NCBI GenBank assembly: GCA_014240385.1
Contig: JAAZXA010000068.1
Span: 29,090 to 93,089 of the forward strand
Direction of reading: 5' to 3'
Length of the DNA stretch: 64,000 bases
Source of the DNA: Methanobacteriota archaeon
GTDB taxonomy: Archaea > Thermoplasmatota > Poseidoniia > Poseidoniales > Poseidoniaceae
Positions 9,385 through 18,543 of the stretch are shown here, piece by piece; positions within the stretch are counted from its first letter, which is position 1, and every line of letters starts with the position of its first letter. Under the pieces are notes generated by a model. It had not been told where the DNA came from. It saw only the letters and a program-made list of their open reading frames with translations, and searched no databases. Made by a program: the position numbers and the translations under genes.

Positions 9385-9951
9385 CTATTGTTCAATCCAA
9401 TGCCCATCAGAATCGTATTCCTTTGGGTCAATGGTTGTCTTTTCATAGGCTTTGTGTGGGTTGATGTACCAGAATGATTCTTTGTTGATGTAAATCACGG
9501 CTTGTTCTAGTTGCCTTCCTTTCTCAGAGTTTCCTCGTAAGATTTCTTCCGGCCTCCAGGTATGTCCATGTTCATCAACCATAGAATCATCACCATGTTT
9601 CGAACGGTGGTCTGAAAGTAAATGGTAGCTTAGGTTCACGGCAAATTGCATTTCACTATGCCAACCTGCAGCGTTTGTGCTCCATCCTGCTTCTTTCATT
9701 CTTTCAATCAATTCGATGGTGACGAATTCTGGTAGTTTCTGTCCTTCACCAAAAGTTGGTGATTCCTTATCGTAATCTTTGTTGAAGTTAGGCCAAACAA
9801 TCTTGAGTCTGTTCAAAAACACAAGAGGGTCTCGGCAGTCCCCGCAACCTGTTACTGCACTGACGCTTCCAAGAGTATATCCGCAAGCGAATCCAATTTC
9901 TTCGTCAGTAAAGTTTTCTTTATCCATATAGTATCCTACTAGTAGTGGCAT
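9385..9951 (-). CDS. hypothetical protein, 188 aa
   Basis: motif start 9949-9951. Confidence 0.55.
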   Translation of the reverse strand: MPLLVGYYMDKENFTDEEIGFACGYTLGSVSAVTGCGDCRDPLVFLNRLKIVWPNFNKDYDKESPTFGEGQKLPEFVTIELIERMKEAGWSTNAAGWHSEMQFAVNLSYHLLSDHRSKHGDDSMVDEHGHTWRPEEILRGNSEKGRQLEQAVIYINKESFWYINPHKAYEKTTIDPKEYDSDGHWIEQ

Positions 9952-9958
9952 GAGCGGT

Positions 9959-10222
9959 TTATTCGTGGATCCAGAATACCCTGATTATGTGCGTTTCTGC
10001 ACTTGTTTCATCTGGTTCAAGGTGTATCTTGGTTATTGTCCTCATTCTTTTGGTTCTCTTTGCTCCTGAATATGTTTCAAGTGACTTTTCTTCCATGTGA
10101 ATAATTTTCCAACGGGAATAGATGTCGAGAAGCCCGTGCTTCTTGCTGCTCATCTTTTTCCTTAGAGTGCTTGAAGCTACCTTTCCTCCAATTTTGGGGT
10201 TTTTCAGTGGTTCAATCTTCAT
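9959..10222 (-). CDS. hypothetical protein, 87 aa
   Basis: motif start 10220-10222. Confidence 0.5.
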   Translation of the reverse strand: MKIEPLKNPKIGGKVASSTLRKKMSSKKHGLLDIYSRWKIIHMEEKSLETYSGAKRTKRMRTITKIHLEPDETSAETHIIRVFWIHE

Positions 10223-10409
10223 GAGCGGTTTCTCCTAAATCTATTATTCCAAGTTCGACTGCAGCAAGTTCAATTGCCACATCTAGCGGCAGTATGTTGC
10301 CGCCTACGCAGTGTCTGTTGTGTTCCATGTAAATGGAGACAACTCGTGAACTGAATTCTGGGGTGTGATTTTCTTCAACTAATTTTCTTGCTTTTGTTGC
10401 TAAATCCAT
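10212..10409 (-). CDS. hypothetical protein, 65 aa
   Basis: motif start 10407-10409 (..KKPLM DLATK..). Confidence 0.5.
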   Translation of the reverse strand: MDLATKARKLVEENHTPEFSSRVVSIYMEHNRHCVGGNILPLDVAIELAAVELGIIDLGETAHED

Positions 10410-10422
10410 GAGCGGTTTCTTT

Positions 10423-10593
10423 TCAGTAGTCCCAATACCACCTATCATTGCCTGCCGCCAGATATTCTGCGCCACGCACAGCCGTATCGAACTTTCGTTC
10501 TAATTCGATTATCCGTTCTTCTAGTTTTTGGATTAAGGCGAGTAATTGGGTTTCTCTATCAATATCTTGCTTTTCAGCATGTTTTGATTTCAT
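10423..10593 (-). CDS. hypothetical coiled-coil protein, 56 aa
   Basis: motif start 10591-10593. Confidence 0.45.
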   Translation of the reverse strand: MKSKHAEKQDIDRETQLLALIQKLEERIIELERKFDTAVRGAEYLAAGNDRWYWDY

Positions 10594-10600
10594 GAGCGGT

Positions 10601-10807
10601 TTATTCACTTCGGACGAAGGAGTCGCCTCCCATGATGCCGAATACCCATTTGGGTGGACACCACGAACCGTTTTCTTCTGATTCTGGCTTCAATAGCAAA
10701 TACATCTGCATTGCGCCTACAAGGAAATCGGCTTCACTAACAAGTGAGCCGTTCTTGTGCCTTGCAGACAATACTTCGATGATTTTTTCTTGTATTTCTT
10801 GTTCCAT
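10601..10807 (-). CDS. hypothetical protein, 68 aa
   Basis: motif start 10805-10807. Confidence 0.5.
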   Translation of the reverse strand: MEQEIQEKIIEVLSARHKNGSLVSEADFLVGAMQMYLLLKPESEENGSWCPPKWVFGIMGGDSFVRSE

Positions 10808-10814
10808 GAGCGGT

Positions 10815-11144
10815 TCATTCCGCATTCCAAAGATGGGGGTTTCCTGAACGAATTATCGTCAGTATTTCCCACCTTTGGAATGTTATGTCGTTAATTGTTA
10901 GTTGTTCGGGTATCTTCTTCATGTCTGGCCTGTATGTAGGAACAGTTCCATTTTCCAACCTTGTCCGAGTCATTAGATCTCCAAAGTGTTCTTCTGCGAA
11001 ATTCTTCCTAATCGCACCGTTCCTTGCGGAACGATAGTATAGGGTTTCGTCTGAATCTCGCATTTTTCCCATTAGAGTTGTCCAATATTCAGGATCGTTC
11101 CAGACTTCAATGTCCATTCCGAGTTCTCTGTTAATTAGAGTCAT
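10815..11144 (-). CDS. hypothetical protein, 109 aa
   Basis: motif start 11142-11144. Confidence 0.55.
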   Translation of the reverse strand: MTLINRELGMDIEVWNDPEYWTTLMGKMRDSDETLYYRSARNGAIRKNFAEEHFGDLMTRTRLENGTVPTYRPDMKKIPEQLTINDITFQRWEILTIIRSGNPHLWNAE

Positions 11145-11332
11145 GAGCGGTTAGGCCATTTACATCTCTTCCTTCTGTCCATGTTTCTCTGAACTCAAAC
11201 TCCTACCATCAGGTCGTCCGAACTGCGGATTTGCTCCTGTCTCGTTCAATGTAGGTTCTCAAGCAAAGGCCATTTTGGACTAGGTAATTATGTTCCATTG
11301 GCCGTCCCCCGGCTACTTGTTGACTTTGCGTT

Positions 11333-11356
11333 GGTGCCGTCCAAGGATAGGACACC
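11333..11356. repeat. conserved hairpin element, copy B (GGTGCCGTCCAAGGATAGGACACC)
   Basis: same element as 1952-1975; followed by CCGTGAGCGG (11375-11384) just after stop of upstream gene. Confidence 0.7.
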
Positions 11357-11405
11357 TTTTGCTTATCGTCGTATTGAGCCGTGAGCGGTTGGCCGAAGTT
11401 GATAT

Positions 11406-11702
11406 TCAAGCCATAGGTGGCGAGACAATCTTGTTGCACTTCGCCGGTATCTTCGTGCAGCGCAAAAAGTCAACATTCTTCTCGGGCATCATAAAGGGGG
11501 CTGTCGTATATGTTGTGCGCTTGTATTCCTTCACGCCATCATGTCCGATGATTAATGCTCCCTCTTCGTTCTTATGCTTCTCAAACCATTCTTTGCATTT
11601 TGCTTCCAATGTCTTGATGTCTTCTTCCATTGCTTTCTTAGCTTCTTTCATTTTTGCCAAATGTACGAATTTATCTCGTATTCTTTTAGGTGCTTTTGCC
11701 AT
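11406..11702 (-). CDS. hypothetical lysine-rich protein, 98 aa
   Basis: variant start context CCCCTC-ATG (catgagggg 11700); MAKAPKRIRDKF... Confidence 0.45.
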   Translation of the reverse strand: MAKAPKRIRDKFVHLAKMKEAKKAMEEDIKTLEAKCKEWFEKHKNEEGALIIGHDGVKEYKRTTYTTAPFMMPEKNVDFLRCTKIPAKCNKIVSPPMA

Positions 11703-11785
11703 GAGGGGTGGGAGACAGGTGGATCCTATAGGGATGGGATGCCAACAGGAGGTTGTGAACACCTGTCCCCCGTGAGCGGTTTCTA

Positions 11786-12142
11786 TCACAACTTCATCAA
11801 CTTTCCCCGAAGGGATTCGAATTTGATGATCCTTTTGATAGCGTTTTGAAATTCCTTGTTCAGTTTTTCATCATCTGATTCAGATAGATGGAATTCAGGG
11901 TTTTTCATATTCAGTAATTTGTATCTCATCACAGAATTGACGAGGAATTTCTGTTCTTCTTCACTCAATTCAGACCTTGGGCGGTTGATTTTGTAATTGT
12001 TAATCAGCCGTTCCAGAACAAACATTTGTTCTCTATGGTCGTATGAGCATGTTTCAAGCCATTGTTTTGCTTCGATTCGTAATTGCTTTCGAAGATCAAT
12101 AACCCTTTCAGTTTTTTTCCTCAAGTGGGTTAGGTTCGTCAT
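11786..12142 (-). CDS. hypothetical protein, 118 aa
   Basis: variant motif catgagtggtt, start 12140-12142. Confidence 0.5.
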   Translation of the reverse strand: MTNLTHLRKKTERVIDLRKQLRIEAKQWLETCSYDHREQMFVLERLINNYKINRPRSELSEEEQKFLVNSVMRYKLLNMKNPEFHLSESDDEKLNKEFQNAIKRIIKFESLRGKLMKL

Positions 12143-12419
12143 GAGTGGTTAAGTCCCATACGCACACTTGATATCCACCTGATAGGATTCCTCCTCTAAA
12201 GGCGGAACCAACCTTCTTGAAACGCTTGTCTTTGGACAAACAGTTGCCGAGTTGTTGGCTTGTCGTCCCGTGCCTCATGGTTTCATTGATGTAATCTTGA
12301 ATTGCATAAGTTGGCTGGGGGCCGTTATCTTCTAGGTACTGGACTATCTTGATTCGTATTCTTTGTGTCTTCATGGAAATCACCCTACGGGGGTTCCCTT
12401 GATGAAGTCTTTGCTTCAT
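12108..12419 (-). CDS. putative winged-helix DNA-binding protein, 103 aa
   Basis: motif start 12417-12419 (..KLPLM KQRL..). Confidence 0.45.
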   Translation of the reverse strand: MKQRLHQGNPRRVISMKTQRIRIKIVQYLEDNGPQPTYAIQDYINETMRHGTTSQQLGNCLSKDKRFKKVGSAFRGGILSGGYQVCVWDLTTHDEPNPLEEKN

Positions 12420-12429
12420 GAGCGGTAAT

Positions 12430-12684
12430 TTATGCCAGCATTCCTCCCAGCATCTTATCGAGTTCCATATCATCTTTCACAGTAACCCAATGGGCTGATT
12501 CTGTGCAGTATCTCTTGAGTACATTGGTTGGATAGCCGATTATGTCTACAATCTTCCATTTCGGTCCATCAAAATTTACCCAGAATAGAGCTTCTTCCGC
12601 ATCTATTCTGGTTTTGATGGCTTTTCCCGAAGGGAGTGTGTAGATCATTTGGTTTCCATTTGAGATTGCATACTTTGCTTTCAT
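12430..12684 (-). CDS. hypothetical protein, 84 aa
   Basis: motif start 12682-12684. Confidence 0.5.
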   Translation of the reverse strand: MKAKYAISNGNQMIYTLPSGKAIKTRIDAEEALFWVNFDGPKWKIVDIIGYPTNVLKRYCTESAHWVTVKDDMELDKMLGGMLA

Positions 12685-13075
12685 GAGCGGTGTTTTTTAC
12701 CTCATGGTAATAGATGATGTAATGCTCTGCGTAAAGCATCAATTCACCTTTCTTCCAAGACTCGTATTCATCTTTTGTTGGCTCCATCCATCCTCCGTTT
12801 TGGGCTTCGGAATGGTCTGCAACTGTTTTTGTTGTCTGTAAAGTCCAGCGTTCGAATTCGTCGTCTTCCTTTTGTTTATCTTGATGATAGTCTACGAGTT
12901 CATCGGACAAGTTGTGGTGTGCTTTCAGATATGTAAGCATCGTTGGGATGTTGGGGAAATTTCTCCCAATTGCCCAAGTTGCTCCGCATCCCGTGTACTT
13001 TCCTTCTCCTTCTTCCCATGTGTCTTCGTAAATTTCAGACATTATGCTAGTGCAATGAAATAATTTCTTTTCCAT
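12569..13075 (-). CDS. hypothetical protein, 168 aa (overlaps downstream gene by ~116 nt)
   Basis: motif start 13073-13075 (..IKPLM EKKLFH..). Confidence 0.45.
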   Translation of the reverse strand: MEKKLFHCTSIMSEIYEDTWEEGEGKYTGCGATWAIGRNFPNIPTMLTYLKAHHNLSDELVDYHQDKQKEDDEFERWTLQTTKTVADHSEAQNGGWMEPTKDEYESWKKGELMLYAEHYIIYYHEVKNTAHESKVCNLKWKPNDLHTPFGKSHQNQNRCGRSSILGKF

Positions 13076-13082
13076 GAGCGGT

Positions 13083-13268
13083 TTAATCGTATTCAAGTTC
13101 GTAATAGCCATGTTCTTTGATCTTCTCGAAGATGATTTTCAACTTCTTGACTTCTCTGCGAACATCGTGATAATCTTGTTTGGATAGAATACGACCATAG
13201 TACATTCTTGCTACTACTTCGAAGAGTATCTCAAAAGCCTCTTCTTCCGTAGGTATTTCTTCATCCAT
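13083..13268 (-). CDS. hypothetical protein, 61 aa
   Basis: motif start 13266-13268. Confidence 0.5.
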   Translation of the reverse strand: MDEEIPTEEEAFEILFEVVARMYYGRILSKQDYHDVRREVKKLKIIFEKIKEHGYYELEYD

Positions 13269-13280
13269 GAGCGGTTCCCA

Positions 13281-13733
13281 TCAAATGTGGGGGGACTGTG
13301 TATCTCCATCGATTGGCATCGGTTGAATGCTAATCCATTTCTCAGTCCTGTAATGCATGTGGTCGTATAGCCATTCTTTCAATGGCGTAATACCTTTGCC
13401 GTAGACTGAAAGGGAATATTGTTGCAAGATAAATCGCTTGCGTTCCTCTGCAGCCTTGAGGTCTGGCAGTAATTCGTTCCAGTAGCCAGCCTTCGCATCA
13501 CCCCATTCGAGGATGTAACCTCCAAATGGTTTGTCGATACGCCAGGCTACAATTCGAGTCCACATATTCCCAAATTCATGTTCGTTGTTTTCAATAGTAA
13601 ATATCACTGGACCCTCGACATCGTGGCCTCCTTCTCTTAGTGTTCGAAGTTCTGTATCTCGCAGATTGAGGTTTTCGTCTGGTGTTCCTGTGTATTCGTT
13701 TATTTCCATCGGTTTATTTGGTCTTTTAACCAT
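13281..13733 (-). CDS. hypothetical protein, 150 aa
   Basis: motif start 13731-13733. Confidence 0.55.
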   Translation of the reverse strand: MVKRPNKPMEINEYTGTPDENLNLRDTELRTLREGGHDVEGPVIFTIENNEHEFGNMWTRIVAWRIDKPFGGYILEWGDAKAGYWNELLPDLKAAEERKRFILQQYSLSVYGKGITPLKEWLYDHMHYRTEKWISIQPMPIDGDTQSPHI

Positions 13734-13740
13734 GAGCGGT

Positions 13741-13923
13741 TCAATAACATCTACATATAATGCATGTAGTTGAAAAATATTCGACTACTGGGCATTCAGG
13801 TAAGCATCTTTGCTCATCTGCGTTTAGATTGCCCCAGCAGTGTTCTTCTGCATATTCTAGGACTGTTTCGTAGTCATATCCCTCATCTCCATTAATGATG
13901 AGCCAGTCGTCTTTGTTTTGCAT
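13741..13923 (-). CDS. Cys-rich protein, 60 aa
   Basis: motif start 13921-13923 (..MKPLM QNKDDW..). Confidence 0.5.
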   Translation of the reverse strand: MQNKDDWLIINGDEGYDYETVLEYAEEHCWGNLNADEQRCLPECPVVEYFSTTCIICRCY

Positions 13924-13931
13924 GAGCGGTT

Positions 13932-14006
13932 TCATTCGTAGGCACAATCGCATGTAGGATATCCTTCATCGTCGTACTCTTCTTCGCAGATTAGGCACCA
14001 GACCAT
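13932..14006 (-). CDS. Cys-rich micro-protein, 24 aa (not in ORF track)
   Basis: motif start 14004-14006; MVWCLICEEEYDDEGYPTCDCAYE; stop abuts next ACCGCTCATG. Confidence 0.25.
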   Translation of the reverse strand: MVWCLICEEEYDDEGYPTCDCAYE

Positions 14007-14015
14007 GAGCGGTGT

Positions 14016-15149
14016 TCAACTTGTCGAGACCCGATGAAAATTGGTAATCAGTCCTGCTTGAGAACTCCCTGTTCGAGCGTTCCAAGCCTTCTCTAATATC
14101 TTCTTATTCATTGAATGGTGGTAACTTGTCCTGTTCCATTGTTTCATGATGTGCTTGTAAAGCCCATCCGGGTCGTCATTGTAAGTTGAGAGTTCAAGAG
14201 CATCTTGATCCTGTTCCCAGACATTGTGTAATCCCCTGGCACTAGTTCCCCCAGCACCATCGGAACGAAGTAAATCCATCATTTCCTTGAAGGTAAATCC
14301 TGCAGCCTTACTGAATGGGTATGAATCTGTATTCCAGACCTTCTTCATGTGGTTTGCTGCCCAAGGCTTGTGTAGGTTGTTTTTCTTTCCAACTTTGATA
14401 AATCTTCCAGATTCACAATCCATAAGTTGCCGTAGCATGGCATTGAGTCTCCAACTAGTTGCATCTACGCATTTAGCACCAAGCATTGATGCTACCTTGG
14501 TTGCGTTCATTCCACCTGCGCCAAGAAGGAAGAAGTCTTTGTCTGCTTCTCTTAATTCTTGACTGGTGTTTAGAACGACATTCCAAAGTTTCGCCTTTGA
14601 GACGATGGTAGTTTCATTCTTGATGTCGGCATTTCCAATGCGATCCATTACTCTAAAAGTTGATTGAGCCAAATTACTACCGTAGCCAACCATAATGTCG
14701 TTGTCTATGTCGTATTGGTTCAAATGATGGATTGCTTCTTCTGCGTTCCTTCCGTGAATTACGGGTATTGTCTGCGGAATCTCTTCGTGCATCTCGCTAA
14801 ACCAGTCGCAACTTGTCTGTTGCCGTTCCACTACCTCATTTTCGGTGAGGCCTGTGAATCTCGGTATCGGGAAATCTGCTGCAATGATGATGTCATTGTC
14901 TTTGATTCCGATTCTCCTATGGTTTGCGACTAGATCTTCAACTTTGAATGTTGAAGCTAGTTCGGGATTCTGTAGGAAATTGAATCCTCCTGAATCCTTA
15001 GCGACTTGATGCTTTGTTGTGAACTCTTGATGGCTAAAGCCATCTCCGATTCTATCATTTATTGTGATGAGCATACTGTCGGTCAATTCCCTAACATCGT
15101 AGGGTCGTTTACCGATGTATTCTGCGTTTTCACTTGTAAAATTCTGCAT
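14016..15149 (-). CDS. tRNA-guanine transglycosylase-like protein (DpdA-like 7-deazaguanine DNA transglycosylase candidate)
   Basis: VAKDSGGFNFLQN matches TGT family DSGGFQ catalytic motif; FLLGAGG; 377 aa; motif start 15147-15149. Confidence 0.55.
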   Translation of the reverse strand: MQNFTSENAEYIGKRPYDVRELTDSMLITINDRIGDGFSHQEFTTKHQVAKDSGGFNFLQNPELASTFKVEDLVANHRRIGIKDNDIIIAADFPIPRFTGLTENEVVERQQTSCDWFSEMHEEIPQTIPVIHGRNAEEAIHHLNQYDIDNDIMVGYGSNLAQSTFRVMDRIGNADIKNETTIVSKAKLWNVVLNTSQELREADKDFFLLGAGGMNATKVASMLGAKCVDATSWRLNAMLRQLMDCESGRFIKVGKKNNLHKPWAANHMKKVWNTDSYPFSKAAGFTFKEMMDLLRSDGAGGTSARGLHNVWEQDQDALELSTYNDDPDGLYKHIMKQWNRTSYHHSMNKKILEKAWNARTGSSQAGLITNFHRVSTS

Positions 15150-15157
15150 GAGCGGTA

Positions 15158-15550
15158 TTATTGTTCATACACGATCCATTCGTTCTGTTCTGTAGACCAA
15201 ACCCAATACTGGCCGTAGCCCTGCATGTGCCATTGCCCTGAACCGGGCGGCATTTCAAAGGGTTCCCCCCAACCTGTCTGTCCAACTGTCGAAGGTTGTT
15301 CGAACTGTTGCGCAGGTGCAGGGGTTAGATCTACTGTTCTTCGGCTTGGTATTGTTACTAGTACTGGTAGCCAGCACCAGACCGTTATCAACAGGTAAAC
15401 TCCGTAGAATACAGGAGAATGAACCCATTGGGGTAGGTCGAATTGTGGTATGTTGTAATTTTGTGTGTTTGCATAGTAGTATGCAATTCCGAGCAACACC
15501 AATATGATGCCCGATATTCTGCGAACTGCCATTCCAATTATGTTCGTCAT
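15158..15550 (-). CDS. membrane protein, 130 aa
   Basis: motif start 15548-15550; two hydrophobic helices (GIILVLLGIAYYY, VFYGVYLLITVWCWLPVLV). Confidence 0.55.
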   Translation of the reverse strand: MTNIIGMAVRRISGIILVLLGIAYYYANTQNYNIPQFDLPQWVHSPVFYGVYLLITVWCWLPVLVTIPSRRTVDLTPAPAQQFEQPSTVGQTGWGEPFEMPPGSGQWHMQGYGQYWVWSTEQNEWIVYEQ

Positions 15551-15576
15551 GAGCGGTGCGGGGTGGTTCGACTACT

Positions 15577-15912
15577 TCAAACCCCTGCGATTGCTTCTTG
15601 TATCAACTCCATTCTTTCAGCGAGGAGTTCTCTTGCGTCTATATCCACAATTGCTGATACATCGACCTTGCCACCTTCAACTATTGTTAATCTGGTTCTC
15701 GGTTTGATGTACAGTTTTTCGTCATCGTTTATTTCAACATGGAAATCACCTGATGTCGTCAATAATGCAATTGCTTGTTTCTTGTTATTCGCTAGGTCTT
15801 CAAACTCAAAGCGGATGTCGGTTCCGCAAGTAGATAGAAGGTATTCTTGCAGTTCCCTTTCGGAACCGTTCCATTCAATGATTTCGTCTCCTTCGATGTA
15901 TTTCAAGTCCAT
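15577..15912 (-). CDS. hypothetical protein, 111 aa
   Basis: motif start 15910-15912 (..NEPLM DLKYIEG..). Confidence 0.5.
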   Translation of the reverse strand: MDLKYIEGDEIIEWNGSERELQEYLLSTCGTDIRFEFEDLANNKKQAIALLTTSGDFHVEINDDEKLYIKPRTRLTIVEGGKVDVSAIVDIDARELLAERMELIQEAIAGV

Positions 15913-15919
15913 GAGCGGT

Positions 15920-17191
15920 TCATTCCAGTATTTTCTGCATCTCCTTTTCGAGCAAAGCATCATTTCTTCGTGCTATGTGCTCTTTCATGGAGTATCGCAG
16001 ACCGTCATACTTGAGGCTGTTCAGCGTAGCCTTGCCAAGATTGGCAACAGGCTTACGCTCATACCAGTCTTTTCGCTTCATCATCTCGCCTGTAACGGGA
16101 TGAGGAACGATTTCATTTCCTTCTGGGCTTTCAGCGAGTTTCAACCATTGGAAGGGCATCAATTTCCATGCGCCTATCTTCTCAGTATATGGCTTGAATT
16201 CTTTCTTGTAGCCCGAAAGTCCTGATTTCTTATCGGGTTCTGGTGTCATCTTGTAAACATGAGTACAGTTAGGATCTTCGCACCATCCACTAGCCATAGG
16301 AGTCCTATGGTAGCCTCGGTTGCATCTACCTCCCTTGTTGAGAGGCATTCCATCTCTGTGCCATTTCTCATGCTTGTCTTCTGAGTAGAAGCGTTCTTCG
16401 ATTCCTAGAGCTTCTTGCAGCCCTATACCATCAGCGTCAATCAAACGGTCAACTTCCCATTCTTTGCAGAATGGACACCACATGCATGAACTCTTCTGGA
16501 CTGGGGAGCCATCTCCCCTGTAATCCCATCCAAGTATCTGCAACATGGCGAGGCATTCTTTCCTATTCATGTCCAATTCCTGGAGAGGATAGGAGTATTC
16601 ATGCCCTTTGACTTTGTTTTGACCGTGGTTTGCTGTGAATCTGTCAGTTCTTCCACCTTCGTTGGCTTCGATGCCAAGCATCCACCATTTTTCCGATACA
16701 GTATGGTCTCCAAAGGTTTCTTCTGCCCATTTCTGTTGGACATTTCCCTTGAATCTCATGCTGCAGGTATGTTGTTGTCCTCCAATTACTGGAAGCATTC
16801 CTCCATCCATCAACCATTCATAGATCTTGTAGACCTTTTCTCCCTTGGTGTAATCATCCTTCTCTGATTTGGGCAAACTTCTCCATTCTTCATAGCGGAG
16901 TTCTTCGCCTGTATCATTGTGATGATAAACGGGGATTGTGTGTCTAACGGTAACTACTGGCAAGCCTACTTCTGCGCATCGCTTCTCTGCGTATGCAAGG
17001 TTTTCGTAGGTTTCAGGCCATTCGCTACCGGGATCCGAGAATACGGCTGCAACGAATGGAGGAAACTTTTCGTCTAGTTCTTGTCGAGTTATCCCCAACG
17101 CTTCGGCTGAGGTGTCTCTGTCTAAGTGCATGGCTAGAAGGGCTGTTGAATCAACCCCTACGCCAAATGATAACAAGTCTATTCGTTTCAT
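15920..17191 (-). CDS. PP-loop-like / PAPS-reductase-like domain protein, 423 aa
   Basis: N-terminal LLSFGVGVDSTALLA resembles SxGxDS PP-loop; motif start 17189-17191. Confidence 0.4.
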   Translation of the reverse strand: MKRIDLLSFGVGVDSTALLAMHLDRDTSAEALGITRQELDEKFPPFVAAVFSDPGSEWPETYENLAYAEKRCAEVGLPVVTVRHTIPVYHHNDTGEELRYEEWRSLPKSEKDDYTKGEKVYKIYEWLMDGGMLPVIGGQQHTCSMRFKGNVQQKWAEETFGDHTVSEKWWMLGIEANEGGRTDRFTANHGQNKVKGHEYSYPLQELDMNRKECLAMLQILGWDYRGDGSPVQKSSCMWCPFCKEWEVDRLIDADGIGLQEALGIEERFYSEDKHEKWHRDGMPLNKGGRCNRGYHRTPMASGWCEDPNCTHVYKMTPEPDKKSGLSGYKKEFKPYTEKIGAWKLMPFQWLKLAESPEGNEIVPHPVTGEMMKRKDWYERKPVANLGKATLNSLKYDGLRYSMKEHIARRNDALLEKEMQKILE

Positions 17192-17198
17192 GAGCGGT

Positions 17199-17954
17199 TT
17201 ATTCCATAGATGCAATCTTTTGCTCTATGGCTGTGTGCTTTCGAAAGATGCTTAGGCATCTAATTCGTGTGTTTGGGCCACAGGTGATTGATACCACACC
17301 ACATCTTGTTGCCCCTTTGGGCTGAATGTAAACCAAATGGTGTAAGGCGAGGAGATATCCTCCTGGCTTTAGCACCCTGATGGCTTCTTTGACCCATGAA
17401 TAGGGCTTGATGTATTCTGTTTTCCATAACTTGTCGGAGTAATCTATCTTGACTCCGTCTGTTGTTTGCATGTCGTAAGGTGGATCTGCAATAACCATGT
17501 CGTATGAATCAGTTTCAATAGGGAACTGTTGTCTGGCATCAGCTACGAATGTAGGATTATTCGCTTCGCTAATGTCCATTGTGTCTTCATTCTCCCTTCC
17601 TTGGATGCTTCCCGAGAATAGGTGTAATACCTTGGTTTCATCGGTGACTTCCATTAGGGCGTCTACTCTACGAAGGAACCCATTTGGGTAGGCTCCCTTG
17701 TATTTCGCCATTGGTCGGCCACAAGCCCACCCTAGACGGAGTGATTTTTCCGTCATGTGGGTCAATGAGGCGTCTTTCTGTTTCAATTTGTTGTAATGCC
17801 TAGCGATTCGATGAATCGTCCCTTTCGAAACTGTTTCACCAATCCTATCGCCTGCCATCTTAGCAGCATCGTCATACGAGTTATTGCTAAGATCGTTGAT
17901 TACTTGCATATGGTCTAGCAATTCAACCTTTCTTCCTTTCAATGTTAAGGACAT
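17199..17954 (-). CDS. DNA methyltransferase (DPPY, N6A/N4C class)
   Basis: MVIADPPYDM motif IV; motif start 17952-17954; 251 aa. Confidence 0.6.
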   Translation of the reverse strand: MSLTLKGRKVELLDHMQVINDLSNNSYDDAAKMAGDRIGETVSKGTIHRIARHYNKLKQKDASLTHMTEKSLRLGWACGRPMAKYKGAYPNGFLRRVDALMEVTDETKVLHLFSGSIQGRENEDTMDISEANNPTFVADARQQFPIETDSYDMVIADPPYDMQTTDGVKIDYSDKLWKTEYIKPYSWVKEAIRVLKPGGYLLALHHLVYIQPKGATRCGVVSITCGPNTRIRCLSIFRKHTAIEQKIASME

Positions 17955-17961
17955 GAGCGGT

Positions 17962-18249
17962 TCAGTCTTTCATATCTTCGACTGCTGCTATCATTTGATA
18001 GAAGCGAGCATTCCTTTGATTGGGGCTCCCCATACCATACTCGTGTCCGTAGATTAGAGGGGTACAGGCCTTGTGCGTATCAGTTAGATGTTTTTCAATT
18101 TCATCAAGAGATACCCCTGCTTCCAATAGGAACTCGGTCCAGTTGCTAAATCTTTCATAACCATCGTGCTTTCTCAACATTCTCAATGATTGTTTCCATC
18201 GTTTCAGATCTGCTTCTTTGTCATCTGTCGTCATTTCTATTTCTGCCAT
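17962..18249 (-). CDS. hypothetical protein, 95 aa
   Basis: motif start 18247-18249. Confidence 0.5.
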   Translation of the reverse strand: MAEIEMTTDDKEADLKRWKQSLRMLRKHDGYERFSNWTEFLLEAGVSLDEIEKHLTDTHKACTPLIYGHEYGMGSPNQRNARFYQMIAAVEDMKD

Positions 18250-18256
18250 GAGCGGT

Positions 18257-18532
18257 TCAGTAATATTTTCTGTTTTGTATCAACCATTCCCATACGAGGG
18301 GTATTCTTTCCCTCATTTGTGGGTTTTTGCCGAATTTAGCGAGGTATTCAATGTATTCTTCAAGGTATGGGATTAGGTCGCTTCTTTCAATCCCTGCGTC
18401 TTGTAGAAGTTCCTCTACTCCTTCCAATATTGTGATTAGTGATTTGTAGCATCCCACTTGTTTCAAGTAGGTAATTGCCTTCTTTGTCTCACCAACCGGT
18501 TTAATGGTTGCTGCGGTCATAAATTCTGCCAT
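18257..18532 (-). CDS. hypothetical protein, 91 aa
   Basis: motif start 18530-18532 (..TPPLM AEFMTAA..). Confidence 0.5.
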   Translation of the reverse strand: MAEFMTAATIKPVGETKKAITYLKQVGCYKSLITILEGVEELLQDAGIERSDLIPYLEEYIEYLAKFGKNPQMRERIPLVWEWLIQNRKYY

Positions 18533-18543
18533 GAGCGGTGGGG